DNA from: Tubulanus polymorphus
Taxonomy: Eukaryota > Animalia > Nemertea
Assembly (NCBI RefSeq): GCF_964204645.1
Contig: NC_134026.1
Coordinates: forward strand, 27,376,150 to 27,440,149
Length of the DNA: 64,000 nt
Direction of reading: 5' to 3'
Under the pieces are notes generated by a model. The model saw nothing but the letters and a program-made list of their open reading frames with translations. It made no database searches and had not been told where the DNA came from. Positions 9,454-23,900 of this stretch are shown here, one piece after another (position 1 is the stretch's first letter; every line of letters begins with the position of its first letter). The position numbers and the translations under genes were made by a program.

Positions 9454-12400
9454 ATGAATGAAGCCGAAGTAGAGCATGAAGGAGAGTTGACAAACGGTGT
9501 GACAAATTTAGCCGCTACATTCGGCGAAGATGTGATAAATAACTCCAATGACACGCAGAATACTATTTTGACCACTGACGAACCGTCATCAACTGTGACA
9601 ACGGTCGAAGAAAATCCAACAGAAACCGCTCCACCTGACCGAAATATCATCGTAACTCCTCTTTTGAATGATGTTCCTGACTTAACAGAAAATTTGCAAG
9701 ATCAAGGAGATAGAGTTAGAGTGAACGCTGCAATGATGGACGTTCCCGATCGACCCGACTCAAGTGCCAGTGTCGAACACGCTATTTCAATAAACGATAG
9801 CGTAGCAATTAACAATACTACTAACGTAGAAAAGGGTCACGATAACGAAATAATTTCCACGGATAAACCTAAAACGAAACTAAAATTCACCTCGAATAAT
9901 GAGGTGCACGCCATGGGACCGGAAACTAAGCGAAGAACAAAAGCACGAACATCGAGGCCGATTTCAGCAAAATCTCGAGCACGAAAGAAATCTCATGCCA
10001 GGCGAAGAACTTCCATTACAGCAGTGAGTGTACAGTTTTACGAGCATTGAATTTAATAATTTAGCAATCGTACGCGCTCACGAGAATTAGACTCGAATGA
10101 ATTATACATACTTAATATATAACAATTCGTATTATGTGAATTGTAGTTGAAACATGATGTAATTGCGGCTTCATTTTCGAGAAAAGAATGCGTTCACTTC
10201 GTTCAAAATGAGAATGCGTACGGAAATTACCCGAGGTAAAGTAACAAAAGTACTCTGGGTAAATTGATATTTGTAATATGTTTCTAACAAGACCAATGCG
10301 ATGCGGGCTCCAAGCAGATAATTATGGTGGCTGATAAGGGCCATAGCGTAAAATTCCTGGTATGTAAATGAGGGCGCCAGAACGCCAGAACGCCAAAACG
10401 AAAAAAAACGTCCAATTTTCTCTAAAAGTTCGTTTTGGCGCGCCAAAACAAAGAAAATTCCGTTTTGGCGCCCCCGCCAAAACGAACTTTCATTTTGGCG
10501 CCCCCGCCAAAACGAACTTTTGTTTTGGCGCCCCCGCCAAAACAACGAAAAACGTCGAAATTTCTCTAAAAGTTCGTTTTGGCGCGCCAAAACAACGAAT
10601 ATTCCGTTTTGGCGCCCCCGCCAAAACGAACTTTCATTTTGGCGCCCCCGCCAAAACGAACTTTCGTTTTGGCGCCCCCGCCAAAACAACGAAAAACGTC
10701 CAATTTTCTCTAAAAGTTCGTTTTGGCGCGCCAAAACAAAGAAAATTCCGTTTTGGCGCCCCGCCAAAACGAACTTTCATTTTGGCGCCCCCGCCAAAAC
10801 GAACTTTCGTTTTGGCGCCCCCGCCAAAACAACGAAAAACGTCGAAATTTCTCTGAAAGTTCGTTTTGGCGCGCCAAAACAAAGAAAAGTTCGTTTTGGC
10901 GCGGTTATTTCCGTTTTGGCGCCCCCGCCAAAACAAGCATTCAACCACAGTAAAATTATTTTTCAAATTGGCGCGTTGATCTTGTGTGTAATTCGGGGGC
11001 GCCAAAATGAAAGTTCGTTTTGGCGGGGGCGCCAAAACGGAATATTCGTTGTTTTGGCGCGCCAAAACGAACTTTAAGAGAAAATTGGACGTTTTTCGTT
11101 GTTTTGGCGGGGGCGCCAAAACGAAAGTTCGTTTTGGCGGGGGCGCCAAAATGAAAGTTCGTTTTGGCGGGGGCGCCAAAACGGAATATTCGTTGTTTTG
11201 GCGCGCCAAAACGAACTTTAAGAGAAAATTGGACGTTTTTCGTTGTTTTGGCGGGGGCGCCAAAACGAAAGTTCGTTTTGGCGGGGGCGCCAAAATGAAA
11301 GTTCGTTTTGGCGGGGGCGCCAAAACGGAATATTCGTTGTTTTGGCGCGCCAAAACGAACTTTAAGAGAAAATTGGACGTTTTTCGTTGTTTTGGCGGGG
11401 GCGCCAAAACGAAAGTTCGTTTTGGCGGGGGCGCCAAAATGAAAGTTCGTTTTGGCGGGGGCGCCAAAACGGAATTTTCTTTGTTTTGGCGCGCCAAAAC
11501 GAACTTTTAGAGAAAATTGGACGTTTTTCGTTGTTTTGGCGGGGGCGCCAAAACGAAAGTTCGTTTTGGCGGGGGCGCCAAAATGAAAGTTCGTTTTGGC
11601 GGGGGCGCCAAAACGGAATATTCGTTGTTTTGGCGCGCCAAAACGAACTTTTAGAGAAAATTGGACGTTTTTCGTTGTTTTGGCGGGGGCGCCAAAACGA
11701 AAGTTCGTTTTGGCGGGGGCGCCAAAATGAAAGTTCGTTTTGGCGGGGGCGCCAAAACGGAATATTCGTTGTTTTGGCGCGCCAAAACGAACTTTTAGAG
11801 AAAATTGGACGTTTTTCGTTGTTTTGGCGGGGGCGCCAAAACGAAAGTTCGTTTTGGCGGGGGCGCCAAAATGAAAGTTCGTTTTGGCGGGGGCGCCAAA
11901 ACGGAATATTCGTTGTTTTGGCGCGCCAAAACGAACTTTAAGAGAAAATTGGACGTTTTTCGTTGTTTTGGCGGGGGCGCCAAAACGAAAGTTCGTTTTG
12001 GCGGGGGCGCCAAAATGAAAGTTCGTTTTGGCGGGGGCGCCAAAACGGAATTTTCTTTGTTTTGGCGCGCCAAAACGAACTTTTAGAGAAAATTGGACGT
12101 TTTTCGTTGTTTTGGCGGGGGCGCCAAAACGAAAGTTCGTTTTGGCGGGGGCGCCAAAATGAAAGTTCGTTTTGGCGGGGGCGCCAAAACGGAATATTCG
12201 TTGTTTTGGCGCGCCAAAACGAACTTTTAGAGAAAATTGGACGTTTTTTTTCGTTTTGGCGTTCTGGCGTTCTGGCGCCCTCATTTACATACCAGGAATT
12301 TTACGCTATGGCCCTTATCAGCCACCATAGATAATGAATGTCATAATATCATTTTTGAGTGATTTCCAACTGATTTCTACCGCTGTAATAATGAGGCGAC

Positions 12401-15400
12401 CCGCTATGAAATACATGAAATTTTCCACCTTGATATCAGCCTAAGTTTTGTCATGGATGCAAAAACTAGGGCTTACACTTCTATATTATGTCAATACTAT
12501 AACTGAACAATCAGTACTAGTGCTAATTGTGAGTGTGGTTAAAAACTTCATTTTATCGATATTTTAAGATGTTTTTGCGGCGGTTCTCTGGAAGAGCATT
12601 ACAGTACAGGTGATTATCCAAACCGGTTGAAAATAGCAAAATCATCGAACGAAGTTTGGGACGCTGCTAAAGATATAAAAACGCTGCCAACTAATACATA
12701 CGGGAAGATCAATTTCACCAATATTGGACTTGAAGGTCGTGCAAATGCTCGGGTAAGATTTCAAAAGAATATAAACATCTGATATTAGAGCCTTATACTT
12801 GTTTTAGAAAATCTTGTAATTATCGTCTGAAATGTAAAATCATTTTTACAGTTTGTTCGGCTCTCAAATGAAACTGACATGGACGATGTGCTTCGTAAAC
12901 TATTACTTAATGTCTGGGGTATGAACTCAGCCCGGAAAGCGAATCTAGTAATATCAATCACTGGTGGTGGACGAAATTTCGAAATGGATCCTCGAGTGTC
13001 CGGAAAATTTGAGACCGGTTTAGTGAAGGTATTTACCAACGTGTCATTGTAAACATCTACGTATTATCTATCAATCGTTTTTCGGCACATTTGATAATTT
13101 TCTATTTCAAAGGCCGCTAGAAGCACGAACGCGTGGATAATGACTGCTGGATTCCACATGGGTATCGTGAAGGCTGTGGGCAGAGCTATCTCTAAAGGGC
13201 AAACCTTTGATTGGGGACCAAATCGTGGTACTATGTCTCTCCAGTGCATCGGTATTTGCCCTTGGGGATACGTAGATGATCGCTATAAATTGACACCGGA
13301 CGGCTCAGATGAAATTCCACTTAGCGTAAGTCAGAAAATGATTATCAGTTTGATAACTGAGTTCATATCCTTACCTTCCTATATGCAAATCTATTCGTGT
13401 CTTTATTCAATGATGTTGTGGTGTTTTAGGAATGGGACCACGAGCAACCTGTGGATTATTACGTGAATAATGTGGTAAGCGGTAAGGACATAGCCCTTGA
13501 TCCAAACCACACCCATTTTATCATGGTAGATGACGGAACGAGGGGAGAATATATGCATCTCAGTGAATTCCGTGCCGCACTCGAGCGCAAGATATCATTG
13601 CCCGACAAACCGATCGGGGATGTTTCAGGTTTGATTCATTTTCATTCGGTCGTTATCGGTTGCAACTTTTGCGAATGTCTCTAATGTATATTGATTCATA
13701 TTTATTCCAGAAACGGGTCTTGGGACACCTATAGTGATGGTAATCGTTGAAGGTGGTCCAGATGCACTGATTGACTGCGCAACCAGTATGAGAAATGGTG
13801 TACCAGTAGTCGTGTGTTCTAATTCTGGACGAGCAGCTGATATTCTCGCTGAAGCGTATGACAAATTTAAAACGCTGGATCAGTTGGACGGGTTAGTGAC
13901 AATGAATGCTGATGTAGAGACACTGTTGTTATTCCTCTCTGTTTGTAACTAAGGGTTTCCATTCAGTGCATTTCTATCCGTGTATCGAAAATAAAGAAGG
14001 GCTTTGAATAGTTGTGATGAATAAATGATTGACCTCAGTTTGCGTGACTTCCTGCACCACGGGAGTCCTACATTACCGCTTATCAAGAATGAAACCAAAA
14101 TTGCCTGTGTCTTATAATGACGTCATAAGTATATATGTATATGAATATATATGAAAAAGGAAACAATTGTTTTTTTAGTCCCCAAAGAGAAAGTGCCCTT
14201 GAACGCATCGAAACAGACATGTGCAACAAAATGAAGGTAGCTTTCAGCAGCAAAAGAACCTGGAGAACGGGAGATGTTGATAGTAAAGCCAAGAAATACT
14301 TCGGCTATCTCAAACAATGTTGCAAAGAACGGCATATGGTAATTCAAAAGGCATTCGTCCTCGTAGATGAAAATATTCGTTGAGAAATCTTCTCCTGACT
14401 TAGATAATTGACAATTCGATGATGATTTTTACCGTTTTCTGTAGATTACAATATTCGACTTGAAAAATGATGAAGATTTCGATAAAGCCATTCTGAAAGC
14501 TTTGCTTACGGGTAATTAATTATGAAATATCTATTACTCAAGATATTCAAACTGTTTTGCATGGCACGTTTTCACGTGGAATGTTCTGCTGCTGTAGGTA
14601 CAGAAATGGGCCATGAACAACAAGAGTTTCGACTCCTTCACCAGCTTCAACTTGCTCTGTTGTGGGATCGAAGTGATGTCGCCCAGGAACAAATATTTTC
14701 TATCAGCTTCGAGTGGAGTGAAGGTAAGCTATCACGTATCCATGAATGACACTAAACGTATTTGGATATGTTATTCAGTATAGATACCTGGTCTTGATAT
14801 CGTAGGTAACTTGGATGCCATGATGACTCGTGCATTGATAGAGAATAAACTTGACTTTGTGGAACTTCTAATGATGAACGGACTGTCATTGAAAGATTAT
14901 CTAACTGTTGAACGACTGACGCATTTGTACAATTCGGTATGTTCGTAATTTCATTGAAATAATGGATTGAATTTTAGATTTGAGTAATTAGAACGAGTAG
15001 GTTCCACTAAAGGTTTAACGTATTTTGGCAATATTTTCAGTTCCCGAAACAAAGTCATGAGTATTTCATTCTTCGGAAGCATGTTATATTCGGAGAACTC
15101 GATAAGAGTCAGATAACACTTCTCGACGTAAGTAAATTGCTCAGGAGATTCATCGGAAAGCACAACGACGCCACATACCTAAATTCGGAACGAACAGATT
15201 TAGTGCCGCCAGATACAACATTCTCAAAACCATACCGAGAATTACTATTTTGGAGTTTGCTCCAAAACAGGTATATAAGCAAATTATCATGACTGCGTAC
15301 TTCCAATTTATAAACTATTATTAATCTATCAATTTTGATGTTCCATATATCTAGAAGCGAAATGGCTTTGATGTTTTGGGAAAATGGCGAAGACAATATA

Positions 15401-17944
15401 AAAATGGCTATTGCGGCAGCACTTGTTTGCACAGAACTTGCTAAAACAACAAGAACATACAAAACTGATCTAAAGAATGAGTTTCTCAGCATTAAGTCGT
15501 GAGTACTAAAGTTTACTTATGAAAAAATGGCTAACTTTTCAGAATTGTTGGCAAATGAATAACGTATCACCATTTTGCAGGAAATTCGAAGAAAGAGCAT
15601 ACACAATATTAGGAGAATGTGAGAAGACTGATCCTATTCTGACTTCACGAATGTTGCTCCAAACACAGATAACCTGGGGTGGTGTTGATTATTTGGAACT
15701 TGCTGCCGAGGCAAACAGCAACCAAATTCTCTCATCAACAGCATGTCAACGAACTGTCAACAACATATGGCGAGGTAGAATCTCATCCCCTACTAAATGG
15801 GTACGTATCAAAAGTTATTTACAATGTTCTTATGAAGATATGCAACACAGTTATATGTTAATTCGTTCTTCGTTGTTTTTATTTTGTATTATAGACGTTT
15901 TTCAGTATATTCATCCCACCATTCATATTTTGCCTGATAAAGTTCAAAGATAGTATTCATCCTTTGCGGAAAATATTCGAATTTTACCGAACGCCTTTGG
16001 TCAAATTTGTTATTTGGCTTGTAAGTATCAATGCATTGCTGTGAAGTCATGAATTATATTGTGAAAATACATCTTGAGATATGTTCCTTTTCAGGTTGTA
16101 TATTCTGGTTTTTTATGTCTTTACACGTACACACTACTGTTCAGACTGAAGCAGCATTATTTCACAGTCGAAGAAATCTTAACTATGACATGGCTTTCGA
16201 CGATGTTATTTGACGAATTTCGAGAGGTAAATATTCGATGTTTGTGTATCAATGGATTGTTTATAGAAACGATGGAATTTTTAGAATCTAACTATTGTTT
16301 TCTTTACATTAAAGGTATTTGTGTCGGGTAATGGATCGGGCACGACTAAACTAAAGAAGTGGTGGTCAGGGACGTCAAATAAGCTTGATTTTGTTATCTA
16401 CGTTGTTGCCATCATTTCATTTGGTTTACGTGCTTCGTCGAGCGACACGGTTTACCAGTGGGCTAGGCATTTTTACGCCATCAACTGCGTGTTTCTGTAT
16501 TGCCGAATACTGTCATTCTACTCAGCTAACAGTAAGCTTGGTCCTCGTCTAGTTGTTATCAAACGAGTAGTAAGTTTATATTTGTTGTATATTCAACTTA
16601 AAACTGAATGATATTCGTTAACAATCACTTTGTTTTATAGCTTTCAGAGTTGGTTGTATTCATGGCTATCATGTTAGTGTTCATGTTGGCATATGGTGTC
16701 ACTGTTCAATCCCTCCTTTACCCGACGATGACACCACACATTGGCATCATGAAGGAAATTGTAGCTGTCCCATACTGGCAAATCTACGGCGAGATCTTTC
16801 TCGAGGAGCTCTCCGTCGGTATGATATCAACTCCAATTTACAGGGACATGTATTTATAGGTTCAGCGGATCCTATTCCAAAGAAATGATGGACTGAGAAT
16901 AAATGTTGATGAATTGTTTTCTATTTGCAGAAGGCCAAAATTGTACTCCAAGTGGATTTGTTCATGGTACCACTAAGTTCTGTCGTGCTGACTCGTGGCT
17001 TGCCTATGTCCTCCTAGCTCTTTACTTACTCATTGGAAACGTGTTACTGCTCAATCTGTTGATTGCTATATACAAGTAAGACTAATGAATAGCTCTACTG
17101 AAAGGCTGTGTCTCTGGGCTTCTGTTTTCAACGGTTTCGTAATTTTTTTTCAGCAATGTCTTCCAAGAGGTTGAAGACAATGCTTTGGACGTCTGGAAAT
17201 TTGATAGATACGGTCTGGTGAAAGAATACCAAGAAAAACCAGCTCTTCCTCCACCACTCGTTATATTCGAAGATATTGTTATATTCATTCTTTCGATCAT
17301 CGAAAAATGTAAAAAACGAAAAAAACGCAAGAAACATAGTAAGTTATTTGCTTTCGGATTTTGTAGACCACAGGCGATATGGAAATCTCCTATAAATATA
17401 AGCATTGAAATGTAATTGCTACTTTTTGCAGTACTTGACGATGATGAGATTGACGCAGAGCTGGAACTGTTTGAAAATATAATGTCGTCGAAATATTCTG
17501 CGAGCATAAAACGAAAAAATGCTGAAACAGTTGACGAAAGAGTTAAAACCATGAAAAAACAGTGCGTAAAAATTCTCTAAAAAATTAAGTTTTATAGCAA
17601 AAAAGTTACTAATTATTTTTTCTTGTATTCAGAATGGATGACTTGAATAAAAAGATGGACCTAAACACTGATATGATGCACGAGAGTGCATCCTTTCAGC
17701 AGGTACTAATCACCTACAGAGCATTACGTGAAATTATTGAAGTAAGCTTTCAAACGAGGAAAGATATATATGATATATTTTTCAGATGCGAGCAAATACA
17801 AATGCTGCTCCGGATGACATGGCATCTTCTATAAGAAACCTGGGACAGCATAATAACGAAGTTTTGGATAAACTTCAGAAACAGAATACAGAGTTACAGA
17901 AATTACTTGAACGCACCTTGGGAGAATTATCGAAGACAAAATGA
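9454..17944 (+). CDS. TRPM-family cation channel, more than 20 exons, no C-terminal enzyme domain
   Basis: MHR motifs RKECVHF, CFCGG, ISITGGGRNF, AWIMTAGFHMG, CIGICPWG, LDPNHTHFIMVDDG, VEGGP, LALLWDRSDVA. TM region includes SKLGPRLVVI and pore PYWQIYGEIFLEEL. S6 NVLLLNLLIA, TRP box VWKFDRY, then a coiled coil to TGA 17942-17944. A probable non-coding 5' exon ends at about 9272. Confidence 0.92.
10323..12329. mobile_element. Non-autonomous foldback DNA transposon, IS3EU-like, in a TRPM intron
   Basis: Long matching inverted termini TATGGTGGCTGATAAGGGCCATAGCG.../...CGCTATGGCCCTTATCAGCCACCATA. 6-bp target duplication GATAAT at 10317-10322 and 12330-12335. TAY..RTA ends with a 6-bp TSD fit IS3EU. 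No transposase is encoded. Confidence 0.85.
10385..12267. repeat. Inverted arrays of a 144-bp minisatellite made of about 30-bp subunits
   Basis: Period 144 (e.g. GGACGTTTTT at 11087, 11231, 11375). About 4 units in the left arm and about 9 in the right arm, in opposite orientation, with a short unique spacer near 10935-10995. Confidence 0.95.
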
Positions 17945-20900
17945 TCGGAATGATTTAATGCAGAATTTGTGCAAAAAGCTGGTTTAACGTACACATCAAT
18001 CAAAAAAGTGAACCGTCCGTTAAGTACATCCAGTACCTAATTTAGTCAATTTATGTCAATTGAAACATCCGTTACGAAGCCTCTGGTGATATTATACCTA
18101 AAGTTTATAGATCTGTTGATAAGTTTTACATAACAAGGCAATGTAATATTTGCAATGATAAGTTGATGGAATTTTTTATACTATGATTTACATGAACTGT
18201 TATCATTATACAATAAATTTAAGTTATTTTATTGAATTGTTGGCTTTTTCTACACGATACCAAAATCTGAGCGACTGTAAGACTATATGCTTTATGCGCC
18301 GCCAAACTATCATCTGGATCATAGATAGCTGGAGATACGGAGAAATAAAGTGCAATAGAATTTCTGATGAACACATCAGTGTGCACCAAGAATGAATCAA
18401 GATTACAGATTATTCGACCGAATTGGAATTTCATTACATTAGATGAAAGATTCCGATCACTGGGATAGATTTATTTTTTATTTTGGTTGTTTATGAATAA
18501 CAGCTATGCATGCACTGATTTGCAATACTTTGATGGAGGTGTTTATTTCTTTCTGATTTAGTCTAATCTAACGGCATTAAATTACCATTACAATTTACTT
18601 GCCGTCGATATAATCCGGTTTACACGCCCGTTTACCATCTGCGTGCGAACGTTTGCGTCATGCATTTTTTCAGGTATCTCCCTCATTTAAAACTTGCAAC
18701 GATTACTTTCAATTATCCGTGAATAAATAAAGCCCACGGATATGAAAAAACCCATAATTGCATCCGCCATTTTATCCTAGACTAGCCTCTAGTATCAGAG
18801 TCAAGTGCTATTGATCACACAAGCGAAACATTTTTACCGCAGATTCGACTCCCGGCAATATTGATAAAAGATGATGCCAGGTGGTTCGAATAATAAACAG
18901 TTCATGTTTTAGGGTGATTTATATGATCGTTTGTTTACCTAATTTTCCTACTTTTCCATTATCAATTTGACGGGTTTGCTCACCGTCCAGGGATTGTCAT
19001 GGGAGCCGTGCTGCAGCATCGGAGGATGGTGTCGTTGTTTGCTCAAAGTATCAAGCGTAATGAGAATCAACTCTCATTATTCATGACAGTCGGGAATTCT
19101 ATAAGCTTCGGTAAACAAAAATTTTGCCGGATAAATCATCAGAATCCAGCGAATTTGTAATCGGGATTCAAGTTAATCCTTCACGCGGTGTCAAGAGTCA
19201 ACTCATATCATTGACTGTCTTCGTAACTGACTTAATCTATCACTTTGTTCAGTTTATCGAGGTTTTAATTTTGAATGCAACTACATCATCGCGAGATTTC
19301 ACGCTCGTCTGTCATATCATTTACGTTACAACGATAACTGCGAATGTGCACGAATGTTCAAACCAGCTTCTAATCACGCCCTGCTTAGCGCACAGGACAA
19401 GATACGACAAGATACTTTTCGATGTAGCAACAACACATTCATTCTTGATGAATGTTAAGTCTTTGATAATTTGTTACATTTTGCCGCCGAGGGCCAGTCA
19501 CTTGTGGCCTAAGAGAAATGGTGCGTACACCATTAAAGAAAATTAATATTCTTATTTCCATTCATTGTTATAAGTGTAAATGACTTGTGATATGGCTTAT
19601 AAATCGTTTTCCTTCGAATAATAACAGCGCACGAATGATTAAAGCTATCCAGCCAAGTAAGATTAAGCGTTACCTGCGGCAATACGAAATGTATTTTCAA
19701 TGATTGATCTCTTGGTTTTCATATCTTACCTAACGCTGCACCTTGTGCTAATGCTCTTTATAGTAGCAGATGCAGCAATTAAAACGTTCATATCTTTTCG
19801 AAATGATTTTAGTTTAATCGGCTTTTGTTATCAACTCTCCACCATATTGTATTTGCTATTGTGTAATAAAAAGCAACGTCTTTAAAAGTAGATAGGTGAA
19901 ATATAAAAGCATTTATTCATACATCAAAGCTATACGTATTTTGTAGATTCTTCAAAGAAATGATAGTGATTAGCTGTACTTTTTGTGTGAGAAATTTACA
20001 ATATGGAATGCATTACAGTAAGATTTCACGTAATGTCTTCGTTTGGTATCTTTACACATAGATAAGTACTTCATTCAAACATTAAGCCCGCAAGACGCTT
20101 CAATCAACAAATAAATTGCTGGTGTTAGACCAATGCATAAGGAACATGTTAGCCATTAAATGTTGGTTTAAGTTATGATACAGTGGTGGGTGATAATGTC
20201 ACCAGTGGTATTACCAGTGTCTTCAATCACTTAGATATGCATCAAGACGGTGAAGCCCTTAATCAAACGAATTGCTGGTAATCGGCGACATTTGTGTCAA
20301 TGTGGCTATTTACTCCAAACTAGCATTTACAGTCTATATTCTTTATGATTTACGGCCTTCAATTTGCCACCCGAATGACTATCTATACCACGCAGATGTC
20401 CGCTAGAAAAAAGTCTTAAATTATGTCAAAATTCATAGGCCGAAGATACGCCCTTTTGTCGGCGTTTGCGAAAAGGGCCAGTGTGCCGTTCTCAAGCTAA
20501 AATTCTGGATGAGAGAGTTCGAATGCCAAGGCATTGGTTTATGTCGTGGTGCATGATCTACACAATAAAACTGTAACCAACAATTCCCAACATAACTCGC
20601 CCATATAGAACCTTAAACAAAACTTAAACGTGCCTTTTATTGGCCTCATCAAAACCTCGACAACGATCCTTCACCGCACCACGGCGAAAGAATGTGTTGG
20701 GGGAGGGCGGATTTTCCACCTGAATATCCCCAAGGCTTTTGATACGAAACAGTGTTATGACCATATTTTATGACGTTCCAATAGAAATCTTAAGTTGCCG
20801 TTATTCTAACAACCGGCACGCATAATGAATAGTTTGAACCAAATCACAAACCCAAGGGAAACACATTTGTTATCGTTTTTGATAGTGTTTAGATCCTTGT

Positions 20901-23900
20901 TTGAATGATATTGTAACCTGATAACAATTGGGATTTATTTACTTCATTTTGATATCAAAGGTACCGACTGAATTGTTAATTTGACTCAAGAAATGGACAC
21001 AATTTGACAGCTGGACTGAAAATGAAATGCTTCCTCAACAATAACAAAATCAAATGGACCGTATTGACAATCTATTTATGATAAGTAGTTTTCGACGTTA
21101 TTCACACCCTGGGCTAATGATTTCTATGCCAGGGTGCCAAAAATGTCCATGCGGCTCTGGTTAAATTTCTTTTTAAATCGCTATGTAATTCACATTATAG
21201 TGATTGCCAATTCGAGACACTTTGTAAAGAACCGCGGCTACAATAGACGTTGTCACGGTCGTAATCGCAAATGATCAAAATACGATAATTATCGAAACCA
21301 GTTGCTTAGTGAAAATAAATGGAGTAAAAATTGGCTTGACATTCAAGTTCCCACAACATTCACCAATTGACTTTATCGAAATTCTTGCTCGATGAAATCA
21401 TAGTTATGCTTTGAGAACCGAAAAACACTTTTTTAATGAGTTTAGATGAACGTTATTTTGAATTCGTTTACAAAGTTTCATCTGATGAATTCTTTACGCT
21501 GCTCGTTAAAAAACACGTTTGAAACAATTTTTACATCATTTGCGATGGTGATGATTTTTGATTTTTATTTAATTTCGAGCGGCTGGTGTAGCGTGCATAT
21601 CATAACTCGTTCAATAATGAATCAGCGGTGATATTGTGGAACAAAATTTACAATTAATCAATCATTGTGCGCTGTTAATCTCCGTTAATGATGTCTAAGT
21701 GTATTTTGAAAGCATCCCAGCAAAGTCAATGTCTATGAGCGCATGCCGCTACATTAATAAGCAATTCTGGACGATTTATTTTCTCGTTTTGACGACGCGT
21801 TATTCCAAAAGTGTCAACATTGCGAGTAAAGGTGTTCAATGCCCTGTACGCCAAACCACCGTTCGATGCCGTTACTAAAACACCGATATTGCTTACATTT
21901 CCTGCAATTAGAGCCAGTGAGAAATGCTCGACTAATCAAGCGAAAACTGTCTCGATTTTTGCACTTCTTATTTGACATGAAAAATTAGTTTCCGAGATTC
22001 GCCGGTGTTAATAAAGTACGGTATATTTTTAGTTTATTAGTTCCGTACAGATTCCCGAATGAACGCTTCGTGTGTACGATGCCTGTTTAGAAATAGCAAA
22101 AATCTTTTGATTGCGTGGCTTTCTAATATGTCGGTTTTATAAAACCGTGTATAGTTGCTTTAAAAAAAGATTGCGCCTCGTTCGAATGCGTTTATTCAAC
22201 GTCATAAGCCGACAATATTTGTTTACAACGAAGAAAACTCAGGCGGACTAGTCACAGAGAATGGACCTGACGGATTCAGGAAGTCATTCATAAGTCTAAC
22301 GTGTCTACCCATGCAAAATTGAAACTTTATACGTCGCGTTGTATAAACAGTTAGCACTGTATGATATTCAATTATTTCTCGTGTAGTGGTTGTTTTTCAT
22401 CCATCTAACTCACCCGTTCATAAACATATGTAACCGCGCGTTTATTTGAAAGTTGATGATTTATCTACTCAGTTATTTTCCGGTCTCAATCACGCCAAGT
22501 TTAACGAACCGTGAATTTTGCGATTAATAAGAAAACTATAGAGCGATCGGCGACTTGACGGCGTTAATGGCGGTATAAAGAAAACTCAGACGCAGGTGAT
22601 GAAGACAAACGATTGATTAACGATAAACAATTTCATACGATTTCAAAAAGTAGGAAAAAACTGTTCTAAATTCAAGCGTCAATCTTGAGATTTTATTACA
22701 TCATTCCTGTCAGGCGAGAAATCTGGTTGTAATTTCGGAATTTATCTGCAAATCAGTAGCCTACCCGATACGCATACCAGAACGATGGAAAACGATTATC
22801 ATCACTCGAACTCGGCCGTCCCTAAACTCAACATCGTGATCCCTGGCGTCGCCTTGTCTCACTTCAAGACAGATCTGTATCAGAAAACGTTGGAACGGGA
22901 GTATAGATTCCACCGTTGTCAAAAATATAAGGATATGTTTTTGTGAAATAATGTTCTTGACATTCCAGGATAAGCGTTGAATTCACTCTTTGATTTATCG
23001 ACGTAGTTTTAAAATATTAATTGCAGCAAATCTAAAGCTGGAAACAAATTGCCAATCATTTCAGAAGATAATATCATGACGTAGCACGATTAAGCTGTTA
23101 TCAAAGTCGTTCTAATGGAGGGTTTAACGCTTAAGTATGGCTGTTCATCTGTAACCATAATGATGTCTACTTAAACGATACAGCACGAGAGATGGATGAC
23201 ACTGGTATCCAGAAAGGATTGAAAATGAATTAGTAGGGAATTTACCAATATATCGACGCAAAGACACCGAAAAGAAAAGGAACCCGCGTCGATTCTGCGA
23301 CTAATATGAATAAATGATCGGCTGTCAGACCAGGAGAAGTATCAAAAGAAACTACTCAAATACTAGTTAGCGGATAAATGCTGATTAAAGTGTTCTCGTC
23401 TTTGCCGCCACCAAAGTTAAATCACAAACGTAGTTTTAAACGATATCGAAATATCGCCGGAATATCCTAGTAAAACATCTGATCACCTAAACTTTGATGA
23501 ACAAGATAACCAATCCGAATTTCTCCAGGCCCGGTCGGATTTTAGACTCATCGGTGTGCTCAAACGTATTCGTACTGAACAATGGTATGAACTGTTTCTG
23601 TCCTTCCTATATTTTCACTACCCAAAAGTGTACCGAATGACACTTTTTAACTGTGTAATCCTTTATGAGAATTTTGGGAACGAGGGAATATTCAACGAGA
23701 AGCATTTTACTATAGCTCTCTGTATGTCATCAAATCCGAAATACGTGATGTCCTTAAAAACCACAGTTTATTGCTGTATAAGTCACATAAACTTGTCATT
23801 GAGCACCTGGCAGTAAAATATTATTCAATTGTGAAGAACTAATGACGTTTAACGGTCGGTCAAAGTTGCCGTACATTGATTCTCACTTTGTGTCATTGTC

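Noticed and set aside
10385-12267. CRISPR-like appearance (about 30-bp palindromic repeats)
   Set aside because: No unique spacers, no cas genes, and it lies in a eukaryotic intron bounded by TIRs and a TSD.
10171-12334. Long repetitive ORFs on both strands (up to 442 aa, RFGAPAKT repeats)
   Set aside because: By-product of a stop-poor 144-bp repeat (a multiple of 3). Several frames on both strands are open and there is no domain signature.
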